Of a stretch of 64,000 nucleotides of DNA, positions 26,815 to 41,383 are shown piece by piece. Where the stretch lies: positions 30,690,001-30,754,000 of the forward strand of contig OX597821.1 of NCBI GenBank assembly GCA_951406725.2, in the 5' to 3' direction. The stretch comes from Octopus vulgaris. Lineage: Eukaryota. A program made the position numbers and the translations under genes. The notes beneath the pieces are model-generated. The model was not told the DNA's origin, ran no database searches, and saw nothing but the letters and a program-made list of their open reading frames with translations. Position 1 is the stretch's first letter. Each line of letters opens with the position of its first letter.

Positions 26815-28526
26815 CACGAGAGATACACACTCACTTATATATGCGTATGCCTGTATAAATGTGTATGTGCTTGCTAGGGTGTGTGTGTGTTTAAACAGAC
26901 ATATACAGGTATATGCCAATATTATATGTAATATCAAATATGTATCTCAATTAAACAAATCTCGTGGCCTCGTTTATATATGTATGTAACTGAGATAATT
27001 CCGATTTCTAAACTATAAATATTGGTTTCATATAGCGAATTTCGTATGAAAATATCATCAATAGACATACGATATGTTTGCATTCATTCAGCCAACTTCA
27101 TACAAACTGAATGATACTACTTCGGTTATATGACTCCATAACATATTATTTACGCCATTAATATGTTTCAGAATAGCGTGATATTCACATATCTCATTTT
27201 TATATAATCAAAGAGTGCTGCCATTTCAAATGTTCTACTGCTTGTCTATACACCACACGTTTATTCGGGGTTTTAATATTCTTAATTATAGAAGGGATGG
27301 TGATGGGGATAGTTTGTGCAACTATATCATTTGATTTTCTCTGGGTTTGCCTATCTTTTAAATCTATTATTTATAATGAGTTTGTTCTCTCTCTCTACAT
27401 ATATATTTATCTCTCTGTCGCAATATATATGTATGCATATATGTGTGTGTATGTACGCATAAATAATAAAACATATTCATATATGTGTGTTTAAGTTTAT
27501 TGGTAAATGTGAATGTTTCTATGCATGTCTGTATAGCACTACTGCATTTCCGGCGATCAAGTCACGTTGTATATAGCCTCATCGTGCTGTATTAACATTC
27601 AAAAATCGTCACTGTCTTTGTAAATACCGCTGCATTTCATTTGGAATTTTAGATCTTCCAAAGTCTTCTTGTGTACAATTCGACCTACATTTTTTGGTGT
27701 AAATATTGGCTTGCAAAATTAAAATTATATTGCCGGAAAATACGGTAGCTGTAGCTTTTGAGAATATGAGTTAAGGAAAGCCAGTGATTTGAGCACTTTT
27801 CTCCCTTCTTAAGTGGCTGCAAATGAGAAAGAGAGACTTAAGCAAACGGACGAATACTCTAGGTATAACTGAGAGGATACGCTGTCCTCTCCCGACTTAC
27901 CAAAGATATATGCTATCTAAATGACGTTAACCGATGTCAAGTAATGCTGTGGTATGCTATACGCTAGGTTATACGCTAGGTGCCTTAAATATGTATGGCA
28001 ATGCTGAATAACTTTGACGTTATCAATCTTCATTTAGGGTAAAACTCGACTTGTGAGTATTATATTATTCTGAAACACATTAAATCGTAAATTAAGTGAT
28101 TACGAAGAATATAACCGAGAGAGTTTCATGCAGAGTGTATGCGCGATTCATTGAATACAAACATATACAACCACCACCATTTACCCCAAAAAACTTTCAC
28201 TGGTGTGACATGAAAATTAACAAAACCAGAGCCTTCCAAGGCCTCAGGTTTTATTTCGGAGATTTATTTCTCGTAGGCAGATGACCAACAAAGGTTAAAA
28301 AACTTCTACCTACCCATGAGGTAAGCTATCCCATTCTAGACACCAAACCAACAATCAAACAATCTTTAAAGGGATCAAATATCACTCCGATAATCGACGC
28401 GGTGTAGCTCATTCATACATTAAAGAAAAACGGACTAAATGGGATTTGCAAATATAAATAGGATTTAAATATAGATAATATATATAAATATTATAAAGTA
28501 AACGTTATGCTATGTAAATGCTTAAA

Positions 28527-28800
28527 TAAAGATTTAAATACAAATATAAGTATATAAGAGGAAAATTATATATTGTCGGTCGCTCTTGAGTGCTATTGGT
28601 AACATGTAATCCAGTACAACCTGTCGCAAGGTCGGGGCGTCGGCGACCAAACTGGCAACCCAACCAGGCTTGCTTGGCAAGGAGGGTGTTGTTGAACGCC
28701 ATGCATGAGGAAAAAAAGACCCGTCAAAGAGCGGAGGAACCTCTGAGCAGTCAACGGCCATCCAACAAAATATTTGCATTTATGTATATGTATATCATTT

Positions 28801-28879
<79 letters not shown>

Positions 28880-29429
28880 ATTTAGGAAATGGTCATTTTG
28901 CCAGTTTAGCCAATAAAAACACACGCACTATATATTTGGTGCTACTTTGCTTCAATGTTATTTATTTTTTACATTAGTCTTAATCTTATTTCGTCACACT
29001 TTTGTGACTGCATCAGTGGTCCTTTGCTTTCTTCTTTCTTATTTGTGTCTCTCCTTACTAACCGTTTTGTTGGATATATTTTGCTGGATGGCCGTTGACT
29101 GCTCAGAAGTTCCTCCGCCCTTTGACGGGCCTTTTTTCCTCCCGCATGGTGTTCAACAACACCCTCCTTGCCAAGCAAGCCTTGTTGCGTTGCCAGTTTG
29201 GTCGCCGACGACCCGACCTTGCGACAGGTTGTACTGGATTACATGTTACCAGTAGCACTCAAGAGCGACCGACAATATATAATTTTACTCTTATATAGTT
29301 ATATTTGTATTTAAATCTTTAAGATTAATGTAAAAAATAAATAACAAACACTGAAGCAAAGTAACACCAGATATATAGTGCGTGTGTCTTTATTGGCGAA
29401 ACGGGCAAAATGACCATTCCAAAATACAA
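28527..29429. repeat. Interleaved inverted repeats of a TA-associated element
   Basis: 28527-28773 is inverted to 29076-29321 (about 245 bp). 28876-28981 is inverted to 29321-29429. Confidence 0.92.
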
Positions 29430-29494
29430 CAATGTCTGTTTCAACACACGACTTCACATAAAAAATCTTGCCCAACAAATATATAAACGTGATA

Positions 29495-29532
<38 letters not shown>

Positions 29533-29678
29533 GAGTATGTATATATATATATGCATATGCATATGCATATATTGAGGTATGCACATGCACCTGTTATACA
29601 ATTATCTATCTATTTATCTGTCTATCTATCTATCTATCTATATATATATATATATATACATATATACATGTACACACA

Positions 29679-29768
<90 letters not shown>

Positions 29769-30404
29769 AACAAAATATTTTATCTTGGACATACAGTTAC
29801 GCTAGGTTACGTATCCATAAAGCAAAGGCTGTGTGGACAGCTCGTCAGACTCTATATCAATACAAAATTTTAAATATCTACGTCGCAGACGTTACGGAAT
29901 TCTCAGAACTCGAGAAATACACCTTAACGAAAAAACGTTTATGAGGACAGGTTATCTCCCCTGCATTAAAGGTGGGTTAGAAATAAACAAGTTATACAAA
30001 GTTGCTGTTGTAATAATTACTACTCTATTTTTTAGAGTGTACTTCTTTCTGATGTGTAAATGCTTATATGTAATAATACATAAATACATATTTCCACATA
30101 TAGTTTTAGATACACAGGAATATATGTATGACATATGTGAGGCTCCAAATATTTATTCTAGGTAAACATGACCGTGACAACGCCTATATATGCAAAATAT
30201 GTATCGATATATATATGTGGTGCGTGTGTATATAAGTGATAATATACACATAAGCATTTATATGCATAATTATATACTTGCATGAATGAATGTATGTAAT
30301 GCATATATATATATATATATGCATGCATGTATATTCCAGCATGGCCGCAGTCAAATGACTGAAACAAGTAAATAGAACTGAAAGAATATATATCGTTATG
30401 TATA

Positions 30405-30646
<242 letters not shown>

Positions 30647-31117
30647 TTTATCGTGTGCGAATTTATTGCGCTTGAAGTAGAATTAATCACAAATCATGAT
30701 GAAAAAGCTGTTTATAATAGGTATCATGGGAGTTAACTGCACTTGAGTATAAAAAGAATGAAATTATTGGGCCAGTATTGTACGTAGTTCCCTCGCACTC
30801 GATGCAAAGCCAAAAAAAAAAAAAAGAAGAAAAATACAGAACATATTTTTAACATTGTCACACATTGGTTCTGGATGGTTGAGCGAATATGAAATAAAAA
30901 TTAGTCAGGTAATGCTAATATGCAATAAAAATGACATTATTTCTAGCAAGATTTCGACATTTATAGATTTTGAGGAGGAACCTTTCAAGTGGTCTATGAT
31001 TTTTATCTTCGGTATGGGAACCATTATAACTTAAAGCTCGCCATCATAGCATGATTTGTTTGGCACACGATTGAATATTTGGAGATAAAAACTATTCATA
31101 ATACTTCTTATCACTGC

Positions 31118-31172
<55 letters not shown>

Positions 31173-31447
31173 CATTAAATTATACCAAAACCTATATATA
31201 TATATATACATACATGCATACATACATACATACATATATACGTGCATACATACATACATACATGCATACATACATACATATATATATAATATTCTCATCA
31301 GCTTTGAAACAGTTTTATTTTATGTTCATACGTATCAGCAACGAGCGGAGATAATATTTCCAATAGTTTACTGTTCTACAACCATTCTCTAACCTCCATC
31401 CCATTCTCTTATTTGTAGCTTTTCCCTTATTTTGCTTTATTGCCCTT

Positions 31448-31522
<75 letters not shown>

Positions 31523-31525
31523 TTG

Positions 31526-31586
<61 letters not shown>

Positions 31587-31716
31587 GTACTTAATTTATC
31601 GATAAATTGACCTTTGCCTTTCATCCGGGATCGATTAAATAAGTAGCAGTTGAATACTGGATTCGATGTAATCGACTTAAACCTTTCCCACCAAATTTCA
31701 GTCATTGTGCCTATAT

Positions 31717-31771
<55 letters not shown>
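31448..31771. repeat. (TAG)n microsatellites flanking a SINE family A fragment (31605-31720)
   Basis: TAG tracts at 31448-31585 and 31717-31771. Between them is tttgcctttcatcc...tcgatgtaatcgactt...ttgtgcctata. Confidence 0.9.
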
Positions 31772-31773
<2 letters not shown>

Positions 31774-32969
31774 GTAGGAAATCGAGAGCTTCATATCCTT
31801 GTATTGTTATTACACTCAGTGCAGTTCCAATCTCGCAAAATTGAAATAAGTCATTTGGGTGTATGTTTGAATGAATATATACATAGGTATGTATGCATAT
31901 AATAACGAAGTGAAATCTTACGTGAAATAAATAGAAGACATCCAGTGTCACGACGTTGAATAAATTACATGTTGGTTTACTGATGAGTTACACACGTATA
32001 ACGAAACCCTACACAAGACTATAGGGAAATAATTTTTAGTTGGAATGACCGCTTAATATATAGTCAGATGGTACCACGCTTCTCTGTATACCCTGCAGCT
32101 ATCCAAGAGTGATGGTGAATTTAAGTAAAAGCATTACCAAGCAAGATACCTGGATAAATGCTTCAAAAATCACTTTTTTTTTTACTTGAAATTCAAATGT
32201 ACATATAACAAAACATTTTTAATGAGTTTAAATTCCGTGTACTTTTCACAAATCATTGAATAACATTTACTTTTCAGTGATTCCAAGGATGTTTAACAAT
32301 TTATTTTTGAAAACTGTTTATATCATGTCAGAAGTGTTTATTTTAAAACACTCGAATGTAAGTATATTAAAACATGTGGCAGTTAAACTGTTCTGCATAA
32401 CTGGGGTATATTCTACAGCTACACTCAACTTTTCTCTATTCACAGTTACTATTAAATAGGTGAAGCAATGCTCAAGGGCTTATACTTGAGTCACTCTTCA
32501 TACGTATTCCAGAAATGCTCAAAATTTTGCGAGTTCATTTTATATCATTATTCCTATTCATGACGGAAAATATGAAGTATTAGTATATAAATGTCTGATC
32601 GATGCAGTTATCCATGTAGCACGAGTATGCGTAACAATTTTTAGTCATACTATCCATTAACATACAGTTGCTTTAGAAAATAAGATGAGTACCAAATACA
32701 TTCTGCAGAGTATAACTATATATCTCATTTAGTTGCATTCTTCTACTAATTCAATTATTCATGATCAGACAAAGTATCAGATCTATGCTGTACTATAAGT
32801 AATAAACAAATTTTTCTTACAGAATTCTATTATATCTTTGCAAACTGTACGCACGCACACACATAAACACGCACACACATAAACACGCACACACATATAT
32901 AGATACATACATACACACACAAGCATATATACAGACATACATACATATATATCTATACACACACACACA

Positions 32970-33134
32970 TTTTTCTCTCCTTGTTTCTCTCCCTGTTTTT
33001 TCTGTGTCCCTTTCTGTAGAAGACTGTAGGCTCGAAACGTAAAAGACTTTTTCTATCCCTGAGCGTTGTACTAATACATCTGTTTGTTTTGTACACCACC
33101 TGTCTTCGTCTTTTCCTTTTTCGTAAACTCTCCC

Positions 33135-33135
<1 letters not shown>
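32970..33135 (+). mobile_element. PLE pseudo-LTR with minimal hammerhead motif
   Basis: cttt-CTGTAGA-agactgtaggctc-GAAACGTA-aaag (33010-33045). Ends at (TA)n and is similar to 36488-36640 in reverse. Confidence 0.65.
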
Positions 33136-33191
<56 letters not shown>

Positions 33192-33286
33192 CTTAGGCGT
33201 TGCGATACGAATAATGTGGCGTGTAGATCTCAATCCATAAGGATTCAGAGCCAAGCGTACGTCTAGTACATGGCGGTAATAAGGAG

Positions 33287-33467
33287 ATGAGAAGACAAAG
33301 GAATAAACACTTATCTTATGAAATTTATTACCTTACAGATTACAGCTGTTTCTGCAATAAAATGTAATGCACTCATATTTGCGCGCCTCAGTCAGGTATC
33401 TTATTACGGAAACAGCTGTAAGCTAATGGATTTCATAAGATAATTATTTATTCGTTTGTCATCTCAT
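33287..33467. repeat. Inverted repeat with the hammerhead half-motif GAAACAGCTGTA on both arms
   Basis: Arms at 33287-33352 and 33409-33467. The minus strand also reads CTGAGGC-gcgcaa...ttgca-GAAAC-agct-GTA. Confidence 0.7.
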
Positions 33468-34379
33468 TTATAAGTATTGATACATGTGTATTTGTGTATT
33501 TGTGTGGTGTATATATACATGTTTGTGTAAACATATATAGGTTAATGGATAAATGGATATATGTATAAGCACACACACACATGCACCAAGATACACCCTT
33601 ATATAATCAAAATTCTACGGTTTCCTATTTCGTTTGCTAAAGAAGTAGCTTGCAATATGCCAATGCCCTTTTATTCACAAGGTATCAGTAAATTCAATAT
33701 CGAGAACAGCATTAACCCTATCAAAGCTGCATAACATCCGAAACCTGTCTTGCCTAATGCTTCTAGAATAGCGCACGTCTTCCTATCACTATTTGTGAGA
33801 TTCAAAATTGTGGTTAGTGTTATATTTGTTCTTTACAAGTAATGGCTTACACTGAGATTGAATTTAGGCGTAAAATGCTTTCAAGTGTTTCAACCAGCAT
33901 TCTTGAAATTAGACATACGTATACAATATTTACATCTAGTATCCCATATATATTTATATATACATTCATAAACTACTCAATCCCTGACACACAAGATTAT
34001 GTGCTTGTGTTCATACTGAAACACGAGCATACATACATATTCACATATATGCACCATACATAGATATATATGTGTATGTAGATATTGTTCTATACCTATA
34101 TTTTATACGTATCCCCTTTAAACAGAAGATTGCATACGCTAATGGCTTCCAAGGAGAATATGCTATATCGTAGCCCTTTAAGACATTAGTGGGGAACTAT
34201 TAATCTCACCTGACAGCAATAATTTATATAAGCCACATAGCATTTTTGACATATTTCCCATGTACAACTTTCCGCGAAATAGACCACATATCAATTACAT
34301 TCTGTAATCGCACTTTTCTACTCTCACTCTCCATTTAGATACTTCTGCATACATGCTTTTACATACACAAACACACGTC

Positions 34380-34431
<52 letters not shown>

Positions 34432-36132
34432 TCATATATGTGTGTATAATTGTTTGAATATATGTATATGTGTGTGTGTTTGCGTGTATGTATGTATGTA
34501 TGCATGCATGTATGCATGTATGTGTGTGTGAATGCGTACATACGTATCAACACATTGCTGTTCCTATGAAGCATATATATTTTATTTGTTGATGTTGTTA
34601 CAGGTTTGGAGGTTCACGCGAAAGCCTTGATAGTTTCAGAGAATATTATTAGTATTATTAACCAAAATATGTAATATTTTCATGGAGAATAGATCTACAT
34701 TTTAAAACTACTAAGAGAAACAAAATGGAAATAAGTAAAATTGAAATGGAAAAATGTATGTTGTATTAATAGTTTAGATTTGAAATTGTTTTTATATTCC
34801 AACCATAAACAATATCAGAAATGCTAATCCAACTGAAAATATCGTAAAGGTTACAATCCACTTTTGTGAAAATCATTCGTTAGAAAAGACGTTAAATCTT
34901 TTGTTAAATATCATTGAAATACTAAATGTTTTGTTAGCAAACGTTTAGTAATTTATAATTTGTGAAATTGGAGATCCAATCACGCAAATGTTAACAAGCT
35001 TAAGGTAAAACACAAAGAACATTCTGTCTTTTGGTTTGATTCAGACAAGTTCCTTTTAACTGTCAGTATCTCGAAATTCTAGTATTTTGCATAATATGCA
35101 TGACATAAAGCAGATAGATTAAATATTTCATTCTGGATATTCAATAAGGAGTAAATATTTTCAGCTGATTTATTTCAATAGTTTAACAGCCATTATTTAT
35201 CCATAAAGTTTGAAGGTTCTCAAATATACCGAAAGAAAATGAGTACGCTGTCATTTGAAGGACGGCATATAATCTAATGTTAACTCTTTCAAAGGATATT
35301 TGCTCAGTACGATAGCAAAAGTAAGGTTAAATATGTACATTGCCAGTTCATACACTCGATGGCGATACAGAGAACACTTAAGATACTGACTGATTTCAAT
35401 TGTTAAACAATCCCCATTGAATTTTCATTCTATCGGAGACAATATATCATTTCATCGAACTAAATCAATAATATATAGTATCTTTAATGATATATAATTG
35501 GCTTCAATATATTTGTATTGTATCCTTAATATGATAAACGATAATGAAACTATCATATCTGTCAAAGGAATGTGTAAAAAGCAATGCAGGACCTCTTAGA
35601 AATCAAACACACGTGACATTAGTTAGTATTTCAATTACTACTGATATTAATTGTTAACATGGGTAATCCGATTATCATTGAGCAAATTGAAATGTAATTA
35701 AGGGATTCATGTATTTATACAATTTTGTTCTATGTATCATTTGTAACACACAAGACATATTTCTCTGGTATCCATATATCGTATATGACACATTTACCTA
35801 ATATCTTTTCAACCAAAGGATTATCTGTAATATGAAATGAAAGAAAGCTTTATATCACGCAAAACTTATAATTCATAGTCTAAAATCAAGCATGCAGGTT
35901 TAGGACTTGATCGTAGATTTAACTACCACATGGTATATCCTCAACGACTGGTCCTTCTGCATGGGCTCTGTCAATTCTGCAGCATGATTTGAAGTGAGGA
36001 CTACTATTTCAATGCTCCCTCATGTCTATTAATCTATTAATCTCGGAGGTTCCATAATGAGCAATGGGCACTGTCCTCTTGTACTTCAATAAAACAATGT
36101 ATTACACCAATAAGTATATCTTCCAATATCTG

Positions 36133-36197
<65 letters not shown>

Positions 36198-36259
36198 TTA
36201 TGTCTCTCTCTCTATATATATGTATGTGTATGTGTGTGTGTGTGTGCGTGTGTGTGTGT

Positions 36260-36470
36260 ACGACCGCGTGTGTACCGTTGGTGATTTAATTATTTCCTCC
36301 GTCTTCCTTTCTCTAGATTTTTCCTTTTTCTGTGTTTATGACGAAGAGCTCCGCTCGAAAGGTTATACCCTCCTTCTTCCCTTCCTTCCTGAGCGTCGAA
36401 TAATACTATATTTGTTCCACGTCCTTGCGTTGTTGTGTGTTCTCTTTGGGTTTTCATATTTGGATTAACT
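36260..36470 (+). mobile_element. PLE pseudo-LTR-like island with degenerate minimal hammerhead
   Basis: ATGACGA-agagc-tcc-gctc-GAAAgGTTA (36338-36365); ends at a TA tract. Confidence 0.55.
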
Positions 36471-36487
36471 ATATATATACATATATA

Positions 36488-36900
36488 GGGAGAATTTTCG
36501 AAAAAAACAAAAAACGAAGACAGGTGGTGTACAAAAGAAACAGATGTATTATTATAACGCTCAGGAATAGAAAAAAATTTACGTTTCGAGCCTACGCTCT
36601 TTTACAGAAAGAGACACAGAAAAACAAGGAGAGAAAAACAATGTGCGTAGTGGCTAACGATCTATCATGGCGACTATTGCCAGACAGAAGGGTCAAACAC
36701 AGGAAGGAAAGTAGGGGAGATAACAAGGTAAAGATGACCGCCAACACAAAGGTGCGTGTGTGTATAAGAAAGTATGTATGTGCGTGTGAAAGAGGGCTGG
36801 TGGTTTGGACGTGTGCGTGTATGTGTAGGTGTTAAGATGTGGGAATGGGTGTGTGATTGGGGTGTTGTGATGTGATGTGTAATGTTGTATGGTATAGTGT
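36488..36900 (-). mobile_element. PLE pseudo-LTR-like island (same family as 32970-33135)
   Basis: Minus strand ttt-CTGTAAA-agagcgtaggctc-GAAACGTA-aa (36577-36611). It abuts the previous island tail to tail across a TA tract. Confidence 0.65.
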
Positions 36901-36911
36901 GGTGTGGTGTC

Positions 36912-36956
<45 letters not shown>

Positions 36957-36963
36957 GTGTGGT

Positions 36964-37004
<41 letters not shown>

Positions 37005-37227
37005 TGGTGTGGTGTGATATATATATATATACATCCATGCATACATACATACGTATGTATGTATGAATGACAGAGGGAGTATTATTAACTAGACCTGATA
37101 TCTATCCCCATTCATATTATTAACTGGGCCTGATATCTATTCCCATTCATACTCACTGCGATAGTTATGAAAGAAACTCTCCTATTGGCTTTTTGTGTAA
37201 CATGCCCTATTGATTATATCTATATAT

Positions 37228-37309
<82 letters not shown>

Positions 37310-37810
37310 TAGAAAAAAACAGATAAGAAACCAAAGGCTGTGTGTGGAGTTTTCAGGACATTTATAAGGAAAGAGATAAAGTTTCGCACCTGTTTCTGGG
37401 ATATTATGGATATCACTTCATCATGGACGGTGTGAGAGATGTAAATGGAAAGGAGATAGGGAAAATAGAGGGAAATAAGAGAATGAAAGTAGAAATAACA
37501 AATAAAATATTGTAGCTGAAGCTCCAGTATTTGAGTAAAGTGGTGTATAGAAGTGGTAAAAAAGTATGTTTTCTGTGGATAATAAATTCCGATGGTAGGT
37601 CGTGTTAATTGGTTCCGAAATATGGAGCCGTAGATTCTGTGCTGTCCATTCGAAGGGGTCTGAATGAAGATTGAGAATGTATTGGTGGTATCTGTGGATA
37701 TATGGCGGTCGGGAGACGTGCATGATTAGAATGAGGAGATAGGTCAAAATGAAGACAGGAAGTAGGAAAAAAAGAAGAAAAAGGATAAAAAGTAATGATA
37801 ATAGAAAGAG
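37310..37810 (-). mobile_element. Probable PLE 3' end with degenerate hammerhead
   Basis: Minus strand ATGATGA-agtgatat-ccata-atatccca-GAAACAGG (about 37385-37428); flanked by microsatellites. Confidence 0.4.
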
Positions 37811-37921
<111 letters not shown>

Positions 37922-38058
37922 TTGCAGGCTGATACAAGGCTGATATTAAACTCCTGAGTCGTATCACGATCGAACCAAGTGTTTATCTATGGTCTGTCCT
38001 TAGCACTTACTTAGCATTACCTGCCATTCTTTGGGTCTTCCAGATACCAATACATATC

Positions 38059-38091
<33 letters not shown>

Positions 38092-38119
38092 ATAACAAAT
38101 TAATAAATTATAATTAATA

Positions 38120-38459
38120 AATGCTCCGCGTTTCGAATGTCGTCGTGTCTCGCCTTGACCATCGAAACGCGGAGTATATGAAACAGAGGCGACTGAAGAA
38201 GGGGAGTTTTCCTTGTGTTGTATGTCCTGTACTCTATTCTTTCGTTGTTTAAGAAAATGTCCATTTCCTTGGTTTTGTGTTAATATTTTCGTTTCTCATT
38301 GTGTTCGACGTTTTTTTTGTGTCCTGTACCCATATATGCATGTAGATATACATGTAGATATAGATATTTACATATATGTATGTATATATGCATATGTTTT
38401 ATTTATTAATTTGTTATTATATGACGCATCGCACGCATCCATTTCTAAGTAAGTTTCTT

Positions 38460-38460
<1 letters not shown>
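38120..38460 (+). mobile_element. gggtacaggaca-family TA-flanked repeat with terminal hairpin
   Basis: Near-identical in layout to 62165-62400. Hairpin ctccgcgtttcga (38124-38136) pairs with tcgaaacgcggag (38162-38174). Confidence 0.7.
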
Positions 38461-38492
<32 letters not shown>

Positions 38493-38493
<1 letters not shown>

Positions 38494-39061
38494 CAAAATC
38501 AAGGAACGGCCATAATAGGCCATTCACCCACTAGAAATAACAGCCAAGGCTTCAACCGCAAAACAACATTAATTCCGTAAACCAGGAGAAAATAAAAAAA
38601 CATTTACCCTGTAATTCTTTATACGATGCACCGTTTCGTCTATTGTTTAATGGTAAACTAACCTCATTAAATTAAATCAAGCTAGTCTTCCATAGGCCGA
38701 TAGATTCATCAGTAAAGAACGGCCAGATCGGAGCAGATATTTACACGAGGCACTTCCACCACTGTCTCAGCAATATCTGACCTAAAATTTTCAAATCATC
38801 GCACTCGCGCCAAATTTATCGGCAGCAAATATAAGCCGCCGATTCCATTACGGAATTAACCAGAAAATTCATAATTAATCAATATAGGGTGAAGCCTTGG
38901 CTGTTATTTCTAGTGGGTGAATGGCCTATTATGGCCGTTCCTTGATTTTGGCCGTTCCTTGCTGTTGAATTTATAAATGGTCTATGACTATTTAATTTTT
39001 CCCACTAAGCCGCTGGTGGCTATAAATTCTGCGAAATTTTTTGCCACCCTATATTGATTAA
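38493..39061 (-). mobile_element. TA-flanked PLE pseudo-LTR element with ~58 bp inverted repeat
   Basis: 38495-38553 is inverted to 38890-38949. It contains the HHR listed next. Confidence 0.75.
38615..38719 (-). ncRNA. Type I hammerhead ribozyme motif with long loop II
   Basis: Minus strand ttcttta-CTGATGA-atctat...atagac-GAAAC-ggtgcatc-GTA-taaagaa. Stem I is 7 bp and stem III is near-palindromic. Confidence 0.8.
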
Positions 39062-39853
39062 ATATATATATATATATAGTTTCCTCCAATCTGTAGTGAA
39101 CAATAGTGGTTTACTGAGACGGACGGATGCGGGTAGGCTCCCTACTACGTCGCTGTCTTAGTATCAAATGACAACGTTTGTCGTCGACATTTAAGACTGA
39201 CTCGTTTGACTGAACAGATCTAGTCAATTAACAGTTGATTAAGTTCAAATTGAATCACGTGTTCATTCTTTACAAGCATGTGACAGTAAACATTCTGAAC
39301 ATTGATTGTTTGATACAGTCTCTGCAGCTGTTCAGCCAACCGTGTCAAACTTAACTTACAATACCAAACATTGCCACTTGATAACAACACTTGGACGTAG
39401 TGGGAAACGTACAAAAATTTCTATGAAATGTGACTATCTTTTACCAATCAAGTCCTATTCAAAACATATACTAATTTGAGCCATGAACTCCCTATAAATA
39501 CAGGGCAACCGTCAAACAGTAGTCCGAAGCAAGACAGCTTTAACATAAACCACATCTTTGTATCTCACTGAAAATCAGTCTAAACAGTGAAAATGGTCAA
39601 ATATTTAAATATAGTAATAAAAGATTATTTTAACTATTCTCAATGCATTTTCAATTTCTATTTCATATGCGTGTGTGTCTACATATATATAAAAGAGAAA
39701 AAATAAGTTAAAAAGAACAATTTAAACTTTTTGAGAGATTCAAAAGGAGAGAAAATTTATTTCTAATAAAGATTCACCATATTCATAAGAGTCAACCAGA
39801 GCAAGTAATAAGAATAAGAAAATAATAGTTGAAAGATTTCGTTATAGAAATAA

Positions 39854-40652
39854 ATATACTATAAACAAGTATTAAACAATGGAGAAGAAAGATGTTGAAT
39901 CAAAATTAGATTGAATATAAAATTGAATTTAGTACATACACACATTTCGAAAGGCAATACATATATGTAAGAAAAACATCATAGTAATTATAATTAAATT
40001 TAAGTATTATCATTCTCATCAGTGTGAGGAATATTTTTGGAAAGACATCAAAAATGTTTAATAAAATAAAATAAAATAAAATAATGGAGAATACAGATGG
40101 GATAATTGTGAAAAATCGAATATTTACAAACAAGCTGTAAAGGGGAATATGATAATAATAGTGAGAGAGACGAAAAAGAAAAAGAAAGACATATCAATGT
40201 GTGTGCAAGTCTATATGTGCAGTAAACTATAACAAAAATCTAACGCATATTTTTGAAGAAATAGTAACAGGTCGAGACGAAGTACAATGTAAACTAGGGC
40301 ACGTATGTCTAGTAGAATCTAATGCAACGGGTTCACTAGCAGAAAAAAGCCATACAGAGTTATACAACTTGTTTGTAATTATCCGATTTTTCCCTATCAC
40401 CTCATTTGTCTTCTCCCTTATTGTATTTTATTTCATTGTATTAAACTTTTTTGATATCTTTCCAAAAATGTTCTTCCCACTGATGAGAATGACGATTCAT
40501 AAATTTAATTATAATTACTATGAATATTTTTTTTCTTACATATTCATATTGTCTTTCGAAACGTAGGTATCAATTGAATCCAATTTTGAATTAAATCTAA
40601 TTTTGATTCAACATATTTTTCTCCATTTTTTAATGCTTCTTTATGGTATATT
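39854..40652. repeat. About 290 bp diverged inverted repeat, each arm carrying a hammerhead motif
   Basis: 39854-40139 pairs with 40363-40652. CTGATGA-gaatga...tttc-GAAA occurs on the minus strand (39934-40025) and the plus strand (40480-40569). Confidence 0.8.
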
Positions 40653-41236
40653 ATTACCTAAAACTAAATCCTTCAACAATATATATATATATAAGCTGTG
40701 GTGTAACGCTCTGTAATATATATAACAACATGCTGTATTTATGAGTTATTGTTGGAATTTCCCATTCCGGGGAAATATAATCATATAAAAATTCTAAAGA
40801 AAGAAATACCCTGTTACGTAATATGATGTTTGTGAGTTTCCTTTGGTTTACGTATCGCCTGTAGATCGGTTTCCAAACGACAAATACAAATAAATATACC
40901 TGAAGTTTACTCTTGTATTCCAGCATTTAGAAATATATTACTTTAATCTAACATGTGTGAAATTCAATTTTGTTGATGTGGGTAACATCTGAACAGAGAC
41001 ATATATTGTATGGTTTTTGGTGATGATGTTGACAGGTAAATGTTATTTTCTCAATGTATAATCTATCTATCAATCTCTCTTTCCCTGTATCGCTCCTTGT
41101 TTCTCTTACTCTTTACCTCTTTCAATCTCTCTCAATACATTTATCAAACAGTACATATATATGGTTGTATACATATACAAACACACAGGCACACATTCAC
41201 ACACATATAATTCTCTATATGTATGTATTAATGTAC

Positions 41237-41281
<45 letters not shown>

Positions 41282-41322
41282 TATATATATATATATGTCT
41301 GAATAAATAAATATATATATTT

Positions 41323-41383
<61 letters not shown>

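Noticed and set aside
37081-37150. 35 bp tandem duplication
   Set aside because: Only two units, consistent with ordinary slippage duplication.
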